Positions 49,584 to 63,231 of a stretch of DNA of 64,000 bases are shown in pieces (the first letter of the stretch is position 1; each line of letters opens with the position of its first letter). The DNA lies in the NCBI GenBank assembly GCA_951406725.2, contig OX597817.1, positions 1,364,001 through 1,428,000 on the forward strand, written 5' to 3'. The stretch is from Octopus vulgaris. Taxonomy: Eukaryota. A program made the translations under genes and the position numbers. The notes below the pieces were generated by a model. That model had not been told where the DNA came from. It made no database searches and saw nothing but the letters and a program-made list of their open reading frames with translations.

Positions 49584-49740
49584 AGACGAACGTCATTCCT
49601 CCAACTGATTGGCTTGAAAATGGTCAAGATATTAAGATATTTTTCTTAACATGGAACTAATGGTTGTCTTAATACACAAATAAAGAAAGTTTATCCATCA
49701 ATGTAGTGCCAAGTATTCATTCTCGCTTTTTGCCAGTTAC

Positions 49741-49796
<56 letters not shown>

Positions 49797-50150
49797 ATAA
49801 AATTGAGAAATACATCTAAATCAAATATCAATTACCAGATAATACTCAATCACATACTTTATCAAACCACCACATAAGAGACTGTAGGGTTAAATATAAA
49901 AAGCAGAACAAATCAGTGTACATAAAGGAATGTACATAAAAAAGTGTACATAAAAGAGTAATGTTGTATAATAAGTTGTATTAGTAACTTGTGGTAAATC
50001 ATTTTACCGTTGCCCATATAATACAGTAAATGAATTGATTGCATCGCAATCATTAACATTTATATATTAACTTTGTTGGACACTTCACTAGCAGTATATT
50101 GGATATATGTTATCCCATAGAGGGCTGCATTTACAACCCCTATCTCAATT

Positions 50151-50188
<38 letters not shown>

Positions 50189-50823
50189 TAAAAGGCTATG
50201 GTCAGGTGGGGTGTGAAGCTGGAATATTTCCAGGGAAGCACTCGACCCGAATAATGGGCTCTCAACTGTCGGGTTCCAGGCGAAAGCTGGAATTCTTCAG
50301 GTGTAGAAAATCACGACGACTACACTGTTAAATCGGTTTCCCGAAGAGTAAATAATCCAATGAGATGGTACAGAAACAAATGTAACTTATAATTAAAGAA
50401 ATAATTTTCCTTATCTTCTTTTCATTGGGTTATATCCTTCTGTAATTCCCTTTTCCTCATCCCCCCTTCACCGTTTTCTATCTGTCCCTCTCCCTCCCCT
50501 CTTTCTCTTTTCTCTCTTTCTCGCTCTCTCGTTGCTCACATGTGACCATCGTCCATCTTTCTTTTCCTCACGTGACCATCTTTCTTTTCCTGCACAATCG
50601 TTTAAACGAACGGACATGTTTTTCTCTCTTTCTCTCTCTTCTATGTTTTCTCTTTTCAAAAAATGTTTCTCCCATCGTTCACTATTTTCCTCTCGGTCTG
50701 GTCTTCTGATCCTCCGTGTTTCTTTTCGTTCGGCTTCCTGTAATTGTTTCCCCGCCCAACTTTGACCCTCCATAAATCCTAAATGTTATTTTAGAATTTA
50801 TGGGCGCAACTGTCTTTGAAGAA

Positions 50824-50884
50824 TCATATTGTCGCTGAATGCTCGAAATGAGGAGTAGACACACAGCTGACAACTGAAGAAGAG
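50824..50884 (+). ncRNA. Rearranged hammerhead candidate, copy C
   Basis: TCAT-A^TTGTCGCTG..CTC-GAAA-TGA..CAGCTGACAA-CTGAAGA-A-GAG. Confidence 0.65.
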
Positions 50885-51036
50885 ACTTTTCTTTGTGTTA
50901 ACTTGCCCTTCTTTCCAGTGTTTCTCGTTATTTACATATTCCACTCATTTTTCCCTAGGTTGTTTACGTATTTCATATTATTTGTAACGTTGGTGACGTC
51001 CTGTATCCATATACATACATACATACATACATACAT

Positions 51037-51092
<56 letters not shown>

Positions 51093-51128
51093 TGATATTA
51101 TTTAGTATTTTAAATATATATATATGTA

Positions 51129-51214
<86 letters not shown>

Positions 51215-52144
51215 CAGAGAGAGAGATATAAATAAATATATATAGATATATATGCACACATACATATATACCTATACCAGCTCACGTACAAATTCAATCT
51301 CACGTGCACAAACAAATTGGTACACGTAAATAGACGTGTGTGTAGATGCGAATGTTCTTTTTTCTGCGTGTGCATCTGTTGTGTATTTCTGTGTGTGCGT
51401 GCGTGTGTGTGTGCGTATATGTGCGTGTGTGTGTGTTTCCATGCGTGTGTAATTGCTAGCAGCATGTAAAACAGCTACCTTTTTTGTTATATGGTTTCTT
51501 TTATAATAAACTGCTGTTTCATATGTCCGTGCATGTCTGTGTTTGTGTTTGTGTGAGTGTGCGTGTGCGCGCGCGTGTGAATGCGCGCATGAATGCGCGC
51601 ATGCGCAAACACATAAGACACATATAACGATAAAACCCATTTGCATTGCTCCACCGCTCATACCCTTACGCTCTCCTTCATACACACGCTTACACGCGAC
51701 TGCTATTATTGTCCACACCGATCATTCTCACCACCATCGCCACCAATACCATCATCACTTTTCCTCCTTCGCTACCACCACCACCACCACCACCACCACC
51801 ACCACTACCATCATCATCATTATCATTATCAATTATACTTTAATTTGGATATTTTCTAAAGGCAAAAAAAAAATGTAATGCACGTCACGTGTTTGAATCT
51901 TGGTCGTCTATCTTCACTGGTTTTGTTTCTTTTGTTTTGCTATATTTTCCGTTTTTCTTTATTACTTGTTTGTTTTTGCAATACCCGCTTCAAGATAATG
52001 CTAGTTTTGTTTCTCTTTTTATATAATCACCATAATTTAGCTTAGTAGCTAAAATAACTGTCGTTTCTAATTATAAATCTATATATTTGGTTTTTATTAT
52101 TTTTATCATCATCATCATCATCATCATTATCCTCCTCCCCCTCC

Positions 52145-52234
<90 letters not shown>

Positions 52235-52504
52235 GCATCATCATCAGTATTATCATCATTTAACAGCGTCATTGTCGTCGTCGTCATCGTCATCATCATC
52301 ATCATCATCATCATCACGTGTATCTGCATGATTATTGTTTATTTATATTTTTCATCTTTCACGTTAATATTAAAGAAACAAATTATCATTGTTATGAAGA
52401 AAAGAGTTTTATAAAATAATCATTTCTTTTTTTACCATCACGCTGACGGATGAAGGGAGTATTACAAAGGCGAATGCTAAATAATAATAATAATAATAAT
52501 AATG

Positions 52505-52538
<34 letters not shown>

Positions 52539-52574
52539 TAATAATAATAATGATAATAATAATAATAATAATTG

Positions 52575-52792
52575 CAATCCTCTCTACTAAAGGCACAAGG
52601 CCTGGAATATGGGGTGAGGAAACTAGTCGAGTACATCGACCCCAGTGTTTCTCACTGGTACTTCATTTATCGACTTCAAAAAGGATGAAAGGCAAAGTCA
52701 TCCTCGATGTTATTTGAACTTAGAACGTAAAAATGGATGAAATGTCACTAAAAATTTTCCCCGGCGTGCTAACAATTCTGCCAGCTCGCTGT
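52575..52792 (-). mobile_element. Nin-domain-type SINE inside (TAA)n
   Basis: Reverse complement of the SINE consensus. Confidence 0.8.
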
Positions 52793-52795
52793 CTT

Positions 52796-52832
<37 letters not shown>

Positions 52833-52872
52833 CAATAATAATAATAATAACAACAACAACAATAATAACAAC

Positions 52873-52929
<57 letters not shown>

Positions 52930-52930
<1 letters not shown>

Positions 52931-53880
52931 TGTTGATCAGTTGTCAGGATTGTGTTGAAGCAGAGGAAAACAACCGAGGGTGGGATGTAAAACATGCGAT
53001 GGAACCATTGAAGAAGACCGGTATCATCAAAATTGATAATTGTGTTAAGAAAGAGAAATTTAAAGAGAAAAAGAATACAAAAGAGAAAAGGCATGGAGAG
53101 AGAGAGAGAGAAAAATCTTTACTGTCAGTTTGCAAGAGATACGAGCTCCAAGACAGATATAGAAGGCCGCTGGTTATCGATGTGGAGGAGTGACCTGTCG
53201 AGACAAAAACAGGCAATGAGGACAAACTATGTTAAGCGCAAAAATAATAACATAATTCAGATTCACAAATGCTGAGTGTGTGGTGAGAGGGGTGGAACAG
53301 TATGGCACAATGTTAGAGAATACCCGAAATTGGCTCAACGCGAATACAAAAGACGATATGATAATGTGGCAAGAATGATCCATTGGTTGATCTGTGGAAA
53401 TTATGGCCTAGAAGGATCAAAGCAAGATCAGAGGGAGTTGCTGAGGATGAAAATTGCAAAATCTTCTGGGATGTATTGATTCAGTGTGACCATCAGATTA
53501 GACATCGGAAACCTGACATTATTGTGATGAACAGAAAAGATAAAACATGCCTGATAATCAACGTACCATGACCGGGTGACAGTAGGATCGCGGAGAAAGA
53601 GGAAGAGAAAGAGAACAACCATGATGAATTGGACTGGGAAATACGCAGGTAGTGTGTAAACAGAGTGGACATGATACCAACTACCAACATAACTGACAAA
53701 GAATAGTACAAATGTAAAGATAGAACACCTACAAAAATCAACATTGTCTAGAATTGCAAGGGTTCTCCGCAGGGTTCTTGAAGCATGCTCAGTAAACAAG
53801 TTTCCCCTTAGTTTGCTGGTTGTGGGCAGCTATCAATTTCCATCATACTCAGCAAAATAAGCTGAGAAGCTTCATAAAAA
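52930..53880 (+). mobile_element. R4/Dong-clade LINE relic after (TAA)n
   Basis: LISCQDCVEAEE, C.VC, LAQREYKRRYDNVARMIHWLIC, IFWD..IQCD..IRHRKPDIIV. Confidence 0.85.
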
Positions 53881-54086
53881 TAGCAATGATAATGATGATG
53901 ATAAAGAATTAATCTCACAATTATATCTAAAATATATATACATAAAATAGCTACATTGAGAAATAAATCCATTAACAAAATAACAAATAAAGAGAATTCA
54001 GAACTGTGATTTACTGAGAGATCAGGCCCTGGTTGAATAAAAATATGGGCGCCTACGAGCGAAGCGGCCCAACACATATATTTACA

Positions 54087-54139
<53 letters not shown>

Positions 54140-54174
54140 ATACTCATTCAGAATTTCAGGAACTAATATCCACG

Positions 54175-54395
54175 TAAGGGATTGTTAAAAACAATCCTGA
54201 TGCCAACTGGGTTTAACCAAATATATCGATAGGAAGATGCAATAATCTGTATATTCTTAGATATCTCCTCGAAAAATAAGTGTATTTTAGTCTTGAATCC
54301 TGAGAAATAACTGTTTATACACATATATATTGATGATCTTCCTATCAATATATTTGGTTAAATCCAATTGGCATCAGGTTTTTAACAATACCTTA
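54175..54395. repeat. MITE-like element with ~60-bp imperfect inverted arms
   Basis: TAAGGGATTGTTAAAAAC..CCTGATGCCAA..AACCAAATATAT.GATAGGAAGAT is mirrored at 54336-54395. Confidence 0.7.
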
Positions 54396-54579
54396 TATAT
54401 ATACATGCAATAGAAACGCAAACATTATCTTTCCTCAGTTTATGAGAGACATGACTTTCCATAGAAACTCTAGTGATAAGAGCGTAAAGGACGCTGGACC
54501 TTAAGGGACACCCTCTATCTCGGCAGTTGTTCAAAACAGATGCAGACTAACCTCTGTCGATTTCTAAGTCGGCATCAGT

Positions 54580-55380
54580 AGATAATAGAGTAATGAAGAG
54601 GAAATAGACAAATGAAGAGAACCGGGTAGTGATGCAGTGCTACTTGGGTAATGAGCCCAAAGTAAGAGATTACAGAAAAAGAATGTTTGGCGTAACAGAG
54701 CAAAGATCAGCGGGTCAGGCTAAGAGTACTAAGAGAATTTAGTAGATGAGTGAATTGGAAGTAGTAGATATCGCAAGAATGACCAAGAAATAGAACCATG
54801 ATGAAGCGAATTGCATAAGTGATATAATTCAAGCCAAAGAAGTCTACGAGAAAAAAATGATAGCCCTGCCAATCAGGAAGAAAACATTGACACCAGTGAC
54901 TTAAGTGAGGAAGATTAGGATTTTAGATGAGTTGAAAGGAAGTAATTAATTAAGAAGAGAAAAAAAAAAGATTACTAGCATTGAACGGTGTCAGTAGAAA
55001 GAAGTTGCTTTATATTTCAGCGAATGTAGATTCTGTTAGCAATGGGATTGATCCTAGAAATATTATACTAACTTATTGATCTATGTAAGCGGGGTATTAG
55101 TTACTAGCATACCAGGTATTCCACATGAAAAGAATAGGATGAAGCAGATGTAGAAAACGAGAATAGAAAATAAATTGAAGACTTCATGACAAGATCTGAG
55201 TAGATTAGAAACCTGGAAACAGGACAAGTTAGGAAACACAAGATTTAAATCTTCTCTTGAAGAAAAATAAATAGTCAAGGAGAAAGGATTTGAGACAGTC
55301 ATGGAAGAGCTGAAACAAAAACTAGCTAAAAAAGAAAGAAAAAAAAACCAGAACACAGAAACAAAAATATCTGACTAGTA
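54580..55380 (+). mobile_element. Highly degenerate R4/Dong-like LINE N-terminal region
   Basis: Fragments NEENRVVMQCYL, RDYRKRMF, QDLSRLETWK, KGFETVMEELKQKL resemble the R4-clade pre-RT region. Confidence 0.5.
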
Positions 55381-57624
55381 ACAGAAAGCTCTGCATGGTA
55401 TAATTCTAAAGATAGTTGTTGAAAGTAGTGAGACATTATTATGATTGTACGTCACACATTCTGCCATCCACCATTATCAAATCAAATTTATCCCCGCAGA
55501 ATGTTACGAGACTTGACTAATTACCGCACATTATTTTGCCCAGCATTTACTTTTGAAAGGATTGCATTACCCAAGTGAAGGATGGAACCCTAGCAATGAG
55601 AGTAGAGTGTCCAGCTCATGATCATAACGTGGTTTTAACCACTGGACCAGTAATAGGTGTTCTTGCAAAGGCACAATATTTCTGTTTACTTGTTTTCAGT
55701 CTACATATTTTCAATGAGTAGCAGCTGGGTGTTGTGCAACTCTTTCTCTGTTTCTAGTCGTCACATCCTGGAATTTCTGTTAGGCCAAGGATGAGAGAGA
55801 AGAAGGGATGTCTGTGTCAGCTTATAATTACCGAGATCATTAAAAGAATTAGTGAAATCATGGTACATTTTTAACAAGTCCTACTTTGCTCACGAGTGAC
55901 AACTGGATGTACATTACACAAAGAAACACAGCTTGAGGAAAATAGGTATATAAAGCACATTCCCGCCATGACAATCCCATCTTTTCCAGGCATAGGGTAC
56001 CCATCACGGCAGTACCTCGTGTGTTTTTATTTAAATTGGTGGCACCAGGTTAATACTGATGGAGCATAAGCGTTCCAGTAGTGATTATCTCGTTTTAATG
56101 TATAACAGGGTTAACTTTAACCAGTATTATTCCACTTAAGGCGATTGCGTGGCACTAAAAAGAGACTTGACTGCTATTTCTAGCATAGCATGACACCACC
56201 AGAGACCAACGAGGGATATACTGTGAGGCTGCATAACTTGATTGAACCAGCAGACAAATTTACATCAAACACGCTCCACTGTCATAAGGAAGGAGACGTT
56301 TACTAATTTGTTCTTGTGTTCTCAGCACACAAAGGAGAGATCAACGGCTAAACAAGAATAACAACCACGTAGAGACGACCTGTCATGCAGTCAGCTCATG
56401 TTCAAGATGGTGGCGACAGCAATGGTGGCTGCAAAGTTGGCGTCGGTGTTGGCGAAAGTGCTAGCGATGCAGATTACAACTTACAAATTAAGAAAGCAAT
56501 TTGTATACTTTAATTGCCTAATACCATACGATCTGGAAATAATATAATTATATAATGAACACGTTAATTATGATAATTTTGATAAATGAAGATACTAACT
56601 TTATTGCAAAAGATAATGGAGCTGATGTTGCAGTTGTTATCGTTGTTGATATCGATGATGTGATTATAAGGAAGGCGAAGATGAGAATGATCGAATGACG
56701 TTCATAACGACGTTGATGATGACAAGTATGATGATGATGATGATGATGACTACGATGATGGTGGTGGTGGTGGTGCTAATTAATTGCTTATTAAAGCTTT
56801 CTTATATTACCTACAAGGACAGTGGTTTGATGATTGACTACGAACTGTGCAAAAATATTATTTAACCAAAAAAAAAAAAAAAAACAACAACCAAAAAACA
56901 AAAACTGATCACGTGTAGTAGTTATTATTTCATTAATCTCAGATCGGTTCCAATCGAACTGACATACTGAGACATGATGATTTCTATTCCAACCGTGCCG
57001 TCTTCTTATATTTTGTTTCTTGCTTTATAGACATAATGTACCTAGGACCACATTATCCCTTTTTTATAGCAACATGTGTGTGATTTAAGTGAGCTTTGAT
57101 TGTTATTTCAGGTGGGTTGCGTCACCATATAGAGAGTCACCCAATGAACTACTAGATGCTGGTCATCGATCTTGGGCAAAAGTAGACAAAAACTGATCAA
57201 CGTGATATTTCTATTTATTTTTCTCTCATTGAGGGTCCAAATTATTTCTCTGTTTCTCCTCTCAATATCTTATACCCATACTCCTACATACATTACCCCT
57301 TCACAATCTGCTCCCCTTTGCTTTTGCATCACACTCAATTTTGCCCCCACCTCTTCACATCCGCACTTAACGATTACACACGCACACACACATTTCATAT
57401 CCTCGCTATATCTCTTTACAGTAGCTCCGTACATGCGCAACTCTTCATACATCAAAAACAACACACCCGGCATTTCCCTATTTTGCTAATCTCAAATCAC
57501 TGATACATTCCTACACGCGCACACCCATCCACCCCTTATCCTTTCTTAACAACTTGTTAGAACTTCATTTCGACTTGCCTCATTTTTTGTTTCTCAATTA
57601 TTTCTTTGCTTTTTTCTATAATTT

Positions 57625-57660
57625 TCTTCTGATGAAGGACTAGGATCCGAAACGTTAAGA
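57625..57660 (+). ncRNA. Minimal type I hammerhead ribozyme (canonical CUGAUGA)
   Basis: TCTT-CTGATGA-A-GGA(CTAGGA)TCC-GAAA-CG-TT^AAGA; palindromic AACGTT at stem III. Confidence 0.7.
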
Positions 57661-57875
57661 CTATTTTACCTTCTTTTTAAGCATTAAAATTAATACATTT
57701 GTCAAAACTTGTCCAACTTGTGTTGTCTTTTCTCTTTGCCTTTGTCCATTGCCTTCACAACAAGCTACAAACATACAAAGATACATACATACATACATAC
57801 ATACATACATACATACATACATAAATGCATGCATACATGCATGCATACTTACATATATATGTATGTCTATATACA

Positions 57876-57911
<36 letters not shown>

Positions 57912-60034
57912 TGTATAACCTCAGCGGAATTTGGACTCAGAACATGAAGGCAGGCGACACAACTGCAGGCAATTTGCCCGGTCTAATAACGATTCTACCA
58001 GCACGCTGCCTGAACTGTCTAGCAATATTAATACAAGCAATTAACGTTAATATTTTTCATGGAAAGAGCATTAAATAGCTAACTATAAATAATTACGTGG
58101 AGATGGGAAACAACTAAAAAAATATGATATTAGTCAATGAATAACATTGTTTTCATTTTTGTATCATGTACAAGAGACAACTCCCTCACAACTCCGGACT
58201 TAACCAAACTTGCGGAATGTATTGATGAACGAATCCCTTAGCAGATGAACAAAATGTCCATTGGTCGATGTCGGTAAATAGGATTCTTTAGAGAATTATT
58301 TTGAATAGCCATACGCATAAAAAAAAAATCACACAATGAGTTACAGGTAAGTTAGTGTTAAAGTATTTGATTGCATGTAACATAGACTACTAATAATTAT
58401 GCAGTGAGGAAAAAAAATTATTAGCCAATAATATTTTGTCAGTATCGGCGTAGAAGTAAAGTGTTTTTGTCTTAATTTTTATTTTCTAGACTGGAATAAA
58501 TAGTTTTGAGTTACAATTGAGGGGAAGAGTACGGAATGCCCAATAATGTAGAACATCACATCTAATTTTTATAACCACTAAAATGTATAGAAAGAAGAAA
58601 TCGATGCTCTATTATCTGTGAGAAATAGAATGGAACCATTGCCGGAAGAGGAAATAGTATGGAACTACGGCCAGATGAAGAAATACAACGGAATTAGTAG
58701 GGTTTGCGAAATAAAGGCTTGGTGTTTGAGGAATTCAAGTAAAAAGTAATTGAAAAATTTGCCAAGAGAACTTGGAAAAGAACTAAAGTGTGTAATTAGG
58801 TGTTTGTAATTTTGGCGATGCTGTTTGGTAGCAGCATTTGTTTTTATTGTTATTATTGCTGTAGTTGTTGTTTGTGGCTATTATTTATGTTGAATAAGAC
58901 ATCAATAAATTTATGTACGATGATATATGCTTGAGTACGATAAGAATAACGCTTCATGGGCTGTTGCTTATCCCTAAATAGCAAGATCGCCTACTCGGTT
59001 GGACGAATTGTTAGAAATAGCAACCAAATTGCCTCTAAACTTACCAATTTAAACAAAGAAAGGGTACATAACATAGGTATATAAATATATTGAATGAAGG
59101 TGGTGGTCGTAGCTAGAATAGATTTAATCATGACTTCTTTCAGTTCAGGGTTGATGTAGCAGTAGAGCTAAAGACCATCGCCGCCATCACCACCAACAAA
59201 ATATCCCGATGCTCTTTATGTCAAAAGCATAAAACTAATTGTAGGCCTAACATGCTGTCAACATTTTCGTATAAAGCCAAAGACTTGAAGAGATTTCAAA
59301 CCCATTGGACACATAGTTTCATGCAAACAAGTACCAGTCCATTATCTAGTGCTCCTGTTGCTTTACATTTTGGCCGATTCCTTATCGACTTTTTCAAGTT
59401 TAACTTGAAAAGGAAGATGAAGGGGAAGACGGACACATTATCTTCAAAGGAGTTTATTGAAAGATGAGTAAAAGTAGTGCAAGACAGTCAGAGTGGATGG
59501 GATCTCTCTAATTATAAGCCTGCAGATTGAAGAACGATATTTGGGGAGGGCACTTGTTCCTGCTAATCAGGGTGAACTTTGATGGTGAGATTTCTCGACT
59601 AGCTGTAGATAGATGTCCTTCTGTATCAAAAAGATTACACCACCACCACGTTAAATTACAAACAATATTTTACAACAGTATATACCCATACTAGGCCATC
59701 TATAATATACATGTATACATCAAAATACACAGATGCATGCACATGGTTCCATACATATATAGGCATACATATGTAAGACATAAATATACGCACAAATACA
59801 CATATACACATATACATATATGTACGCAACCATTCCCGCATACAAAAATCTCTTGGTGAATACATATACAAGTCAGTTATAACAGACAAGAGAGATAGGA
59901 AGTATATCTTAAAAGTAGGGAGGGGTAAAGAAAAAGAAAATAAGAACTCTAAACGTAATAGCTACCGAAAGAAAGACGGAAGTAAGGGGGAGGGAGAAGA
60001 GGAACGCATTGTTTGAAGACGCTATCAAAGTAAC

Positions 60035-60198
<164 letters not shown>

Positions 60199-60201
60199 AA
60201 A

Positions 60202-60590
60202 CGGAGACGCAATGGCCCAGTGGTTAGGGCAGCGGACTCGCGGTCATAGGATCGTGGTTTCGATTCGCAGACCGGGCGTTGTGAGTGTTTATTGAGCGAA
60301 AACACCTAAAGCTCCACGAGGCTCCGGCAGGGGATGGTGGTGATCCCTGCTGTACTCTTTCACCACAACTTTCTCTCACTCTTACTTCCTGTTTCTGTTG
60401 TACCTGTATTTCAAGGGGCCGGCCTTGTCACTCTCTGTGTCACGCTGAATATCCCCGAGAACTACGTAAAGGGTACACGTGTCTTTGGAGTGCTCAGCCA
60501 CTTACACGTTAATTTCACGAGCAGGCTGTTCCGTTGATTCGGATCAACCGGAACCGTCATCGTCGTAACCGACGGAGTGCTTCCACATAT
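60202..60590 (+). mobile_element. tRNA-derived SINE, third family
   Basis: A box TGGCCCAGTGG, B box GGTTTCGATTC; shares its head and body with 21440-21740. Confidence 0.8.
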
Positions 60591-61614
60591 ATGGGAATAA
60601 TAAAAAAACATTTTAACTATTCTTAATGCATTTTCAACTTCTATTTTTCGTATATTTCTACTCGTGCAGAATAAAATAACTTTGTTTTCTATGTGTGTGC
60701 GTCTGTGTATGTACGACGGGATTCCTCCAGTTTCCATCTAGCAAATCTACTCACAAGGCTTTGGTCGGCCTGAGTCTATAGTAGAAGACACTTGCCCAAG
60801 ATGCCACGCATTGGAACTGAACCCTGGACCTCGCAGTTGAGAAGCAAGCTTCTTACCAAACAGCTATGTCTGCTATTTTCCCTTCTTTTTCCGTGTGGTG
60901 TACTAAGTAATCAGGATGGCTCGAGACTAGAATTATCTTCGATCATATGTCTCTTAATCAGGTAGGTCTATTTAAGCTAACCATCTGTTATAACAGTTCC
61001 AGAACCTACTTTCAGCAAGAACGTCATGGATGGAATGTCTTTGATCATTCATCTATTCAATCACTACTAACTTGTGACCTAAATAATACAGATAATACTG
61101 ACGTCTCCATGCCCCTGCTCGTCTTCCTCTCCTTCTTCTCCTCCTCCTAATCATCACCATTATCATCATCATCGTCGTCGTCGTCGTCATCATCATCATC
61201 ATCATCGTTGTCGTCGTCGTCGTCGTCGTCATCATCATCATCATCATCATCGTCGTCATCATCGTTGCCATTTTCGTCACCAGCAGCATAAAATCCATAA
61301 ACATCAGTATCACCATAATAATCATGTTCTCTACTTCACGTCATATTATCTACATTAACACCTTTCGGCCAACAAACTTATGACACAGCAGTTGAAGAGA
61401 AAGAATAGCGAGAGCCTTGGACTGCCTCGCGATATTTACAAACAGCTCTTCACGTTCTTTGTTCAAATCTAATAAATCTAAGGTAGCAATCAACCACAGG
61501 GGTCAATATAATCTAGTAGGTATGCCTCCCTATATTGGTGTCTTGAACAGTGGCATAGCTAAAGTGTGTGCTACTGGGTCAGTCTACGAATTCCCCACTC
61601 CCGAGGGAGTGGTA

Positions 61615-63231
61615 TCTCTATATATATAAAACTGAGAATCTGTGCCTGTCTGTCTGACTGTCTGTGTGTTTCCCTAAAACTTGAGAACTACACAACCAAT
61701 TTCATTCAAATTTTACACATGCCTTACTTAGGGTTCGGGGAGTGTCATCGGCAAAAACATTTTTAACCTTTTGCCCACAGCAATATCATATCTCTCCCCT
61801 ACGATTCCCTAAAACTTGAGAACTACACAACCAATTTCATTCAAATTTTACAAATGCCTTACTTAGGGTCCATGTAGTTTCATGGGCAAAAAAATAAATG
61901 TTCAACTTCTTGTCTAGGGCGAGCCCATAGCAATATCATATCTTCTCCACTATTTCAGTATTACGTGTTAAAAGTGAAACAAAAACATTTCTCTATTTTA
62001 TGTCAGATACTTTCACTTTAACAATAAAAAATAGCGATAATAATAACAATTGAATTATATGTAGTAAGTAGTAATTAAAATAAAACTAAAGTATAATATA
62101 ATCGTAACATAACAAAAGTAAAAATAGCAATTGGTATAAAATTGCGTCAATGACTTGAACTTGAATAAGTGGTTTCACATGAATGAGAATAAATTAAAAA
62201 TAAAATTAGCGTGCAGAAATGGAATAGTCCAGATGGAGGTGTGCAATACCCTTTACCACGGCTTTTACATTAGATTATCTGCTAATTAGCTGGCATTAAG
62301 TATCTATATGAAGTTTGGCTGTATGTAATGTCTGTTTTCTCGAAAAGCGCTTCTACTGAGTACTGTTATTATTATTACTGTTTAACTATTGTTATCATGT
62401 TTGTTGTTTCCTTGTAAGGGAAACGTTGTTGTGTTGCATTTGTTAAATAATTGTAAACTATAACCCTCCCCCTTTGGGAGAAGGGGCTTTGGTTAGTGTT
62501 TAAAACTTGAATTGTGTCCCTGTTTGGGGAAATTGACAATATTTTCACCGTTTACACGGAAGCATTTTTGTTAGAATGCCTTCGATAGAAGAAAGTCCAA
62601 AAATGAATTTCGCTGTAGCCGAACTCATTAAAATTAAAATGGAAGAAATACAAACCTATTTCGGACTGATCACCAACAAAGACAGTGAATCTAGGATAAC
62701 ACCACCAAACGAAATGAAAAATTAAATTAAAGAAAAGACTATTGTCTATAAAGTATACAATGTAGAGAAAAAAAAGATTTGAACACCTGGAGGAAAGCAC
62801 CATCGAAAAGTGTCTTGGTGCGACTATGAAAGATATCTAACCAGAGGCGGTAAATTCGCCACAATAGAAGCAAGGTTCGAGTCAACGGAGCGTGCAAGGG
62901 AGTACTCGACTCGAACCTTGCAAAGTGGAAATATTTTATTTTTACCTTTATATCTGGGACATAGGACGTCTCGGATAAAAATTAAATTTCCCCCCAGAAG
63001 TAGAGGTAGGCTGGATTGTAGCCACACTTCTAAACAAGAGGGAGGACAAGATACAATTGATACAATTCCAGTCTGTTATATATTTTCACTATTGTTATCA
63101 CTAGCGATATCAAGATATAACCTTGTATTTTGTATTTTATGTGTAGATGTATATATAGATGTACATGTAATATGTACACATATATACATGCACTAGCACT
63201 ATGACACGGCAACGACGGGTCATAATGCTAG
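61615..63231 (+). mobile_element. Non-autonomous Helitron-like element (whether the two ends belong to one element is uncertain)
   Basis: Starts A|TCTCTATATATATAAAAC; internal duplication 61669-61734/61805-61870; CGGCAACGACGGG..CTAG|T end at 63231. Confidence 0.55.
62810..63000 (+). pseudogene. Tx1/L1-like ORF1 fragment
   Basis: YLTRGGKFATIEARF...PLYLGHRTSRIKIK aligns by eye with YITRRKRFATIEVRF...TYLGHRAIKIKIK at ~32043-32195. Confidence 0.7.

Noticed and set aside
50335-50390. CCGAAGA-GTA...TAC-A-GAAA-CAAATG-TA motif between TA tracts
   Set aside because: Stem I does not pair in register. It may be a decayed HHR but is not supportable.
59230-59650. Old LINE-like coding fragments (also ~118-330 and ~21960-22330)
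   Set aside because: Composition suggests decayed LINE sequence, but I could not read a diagnostic motif.
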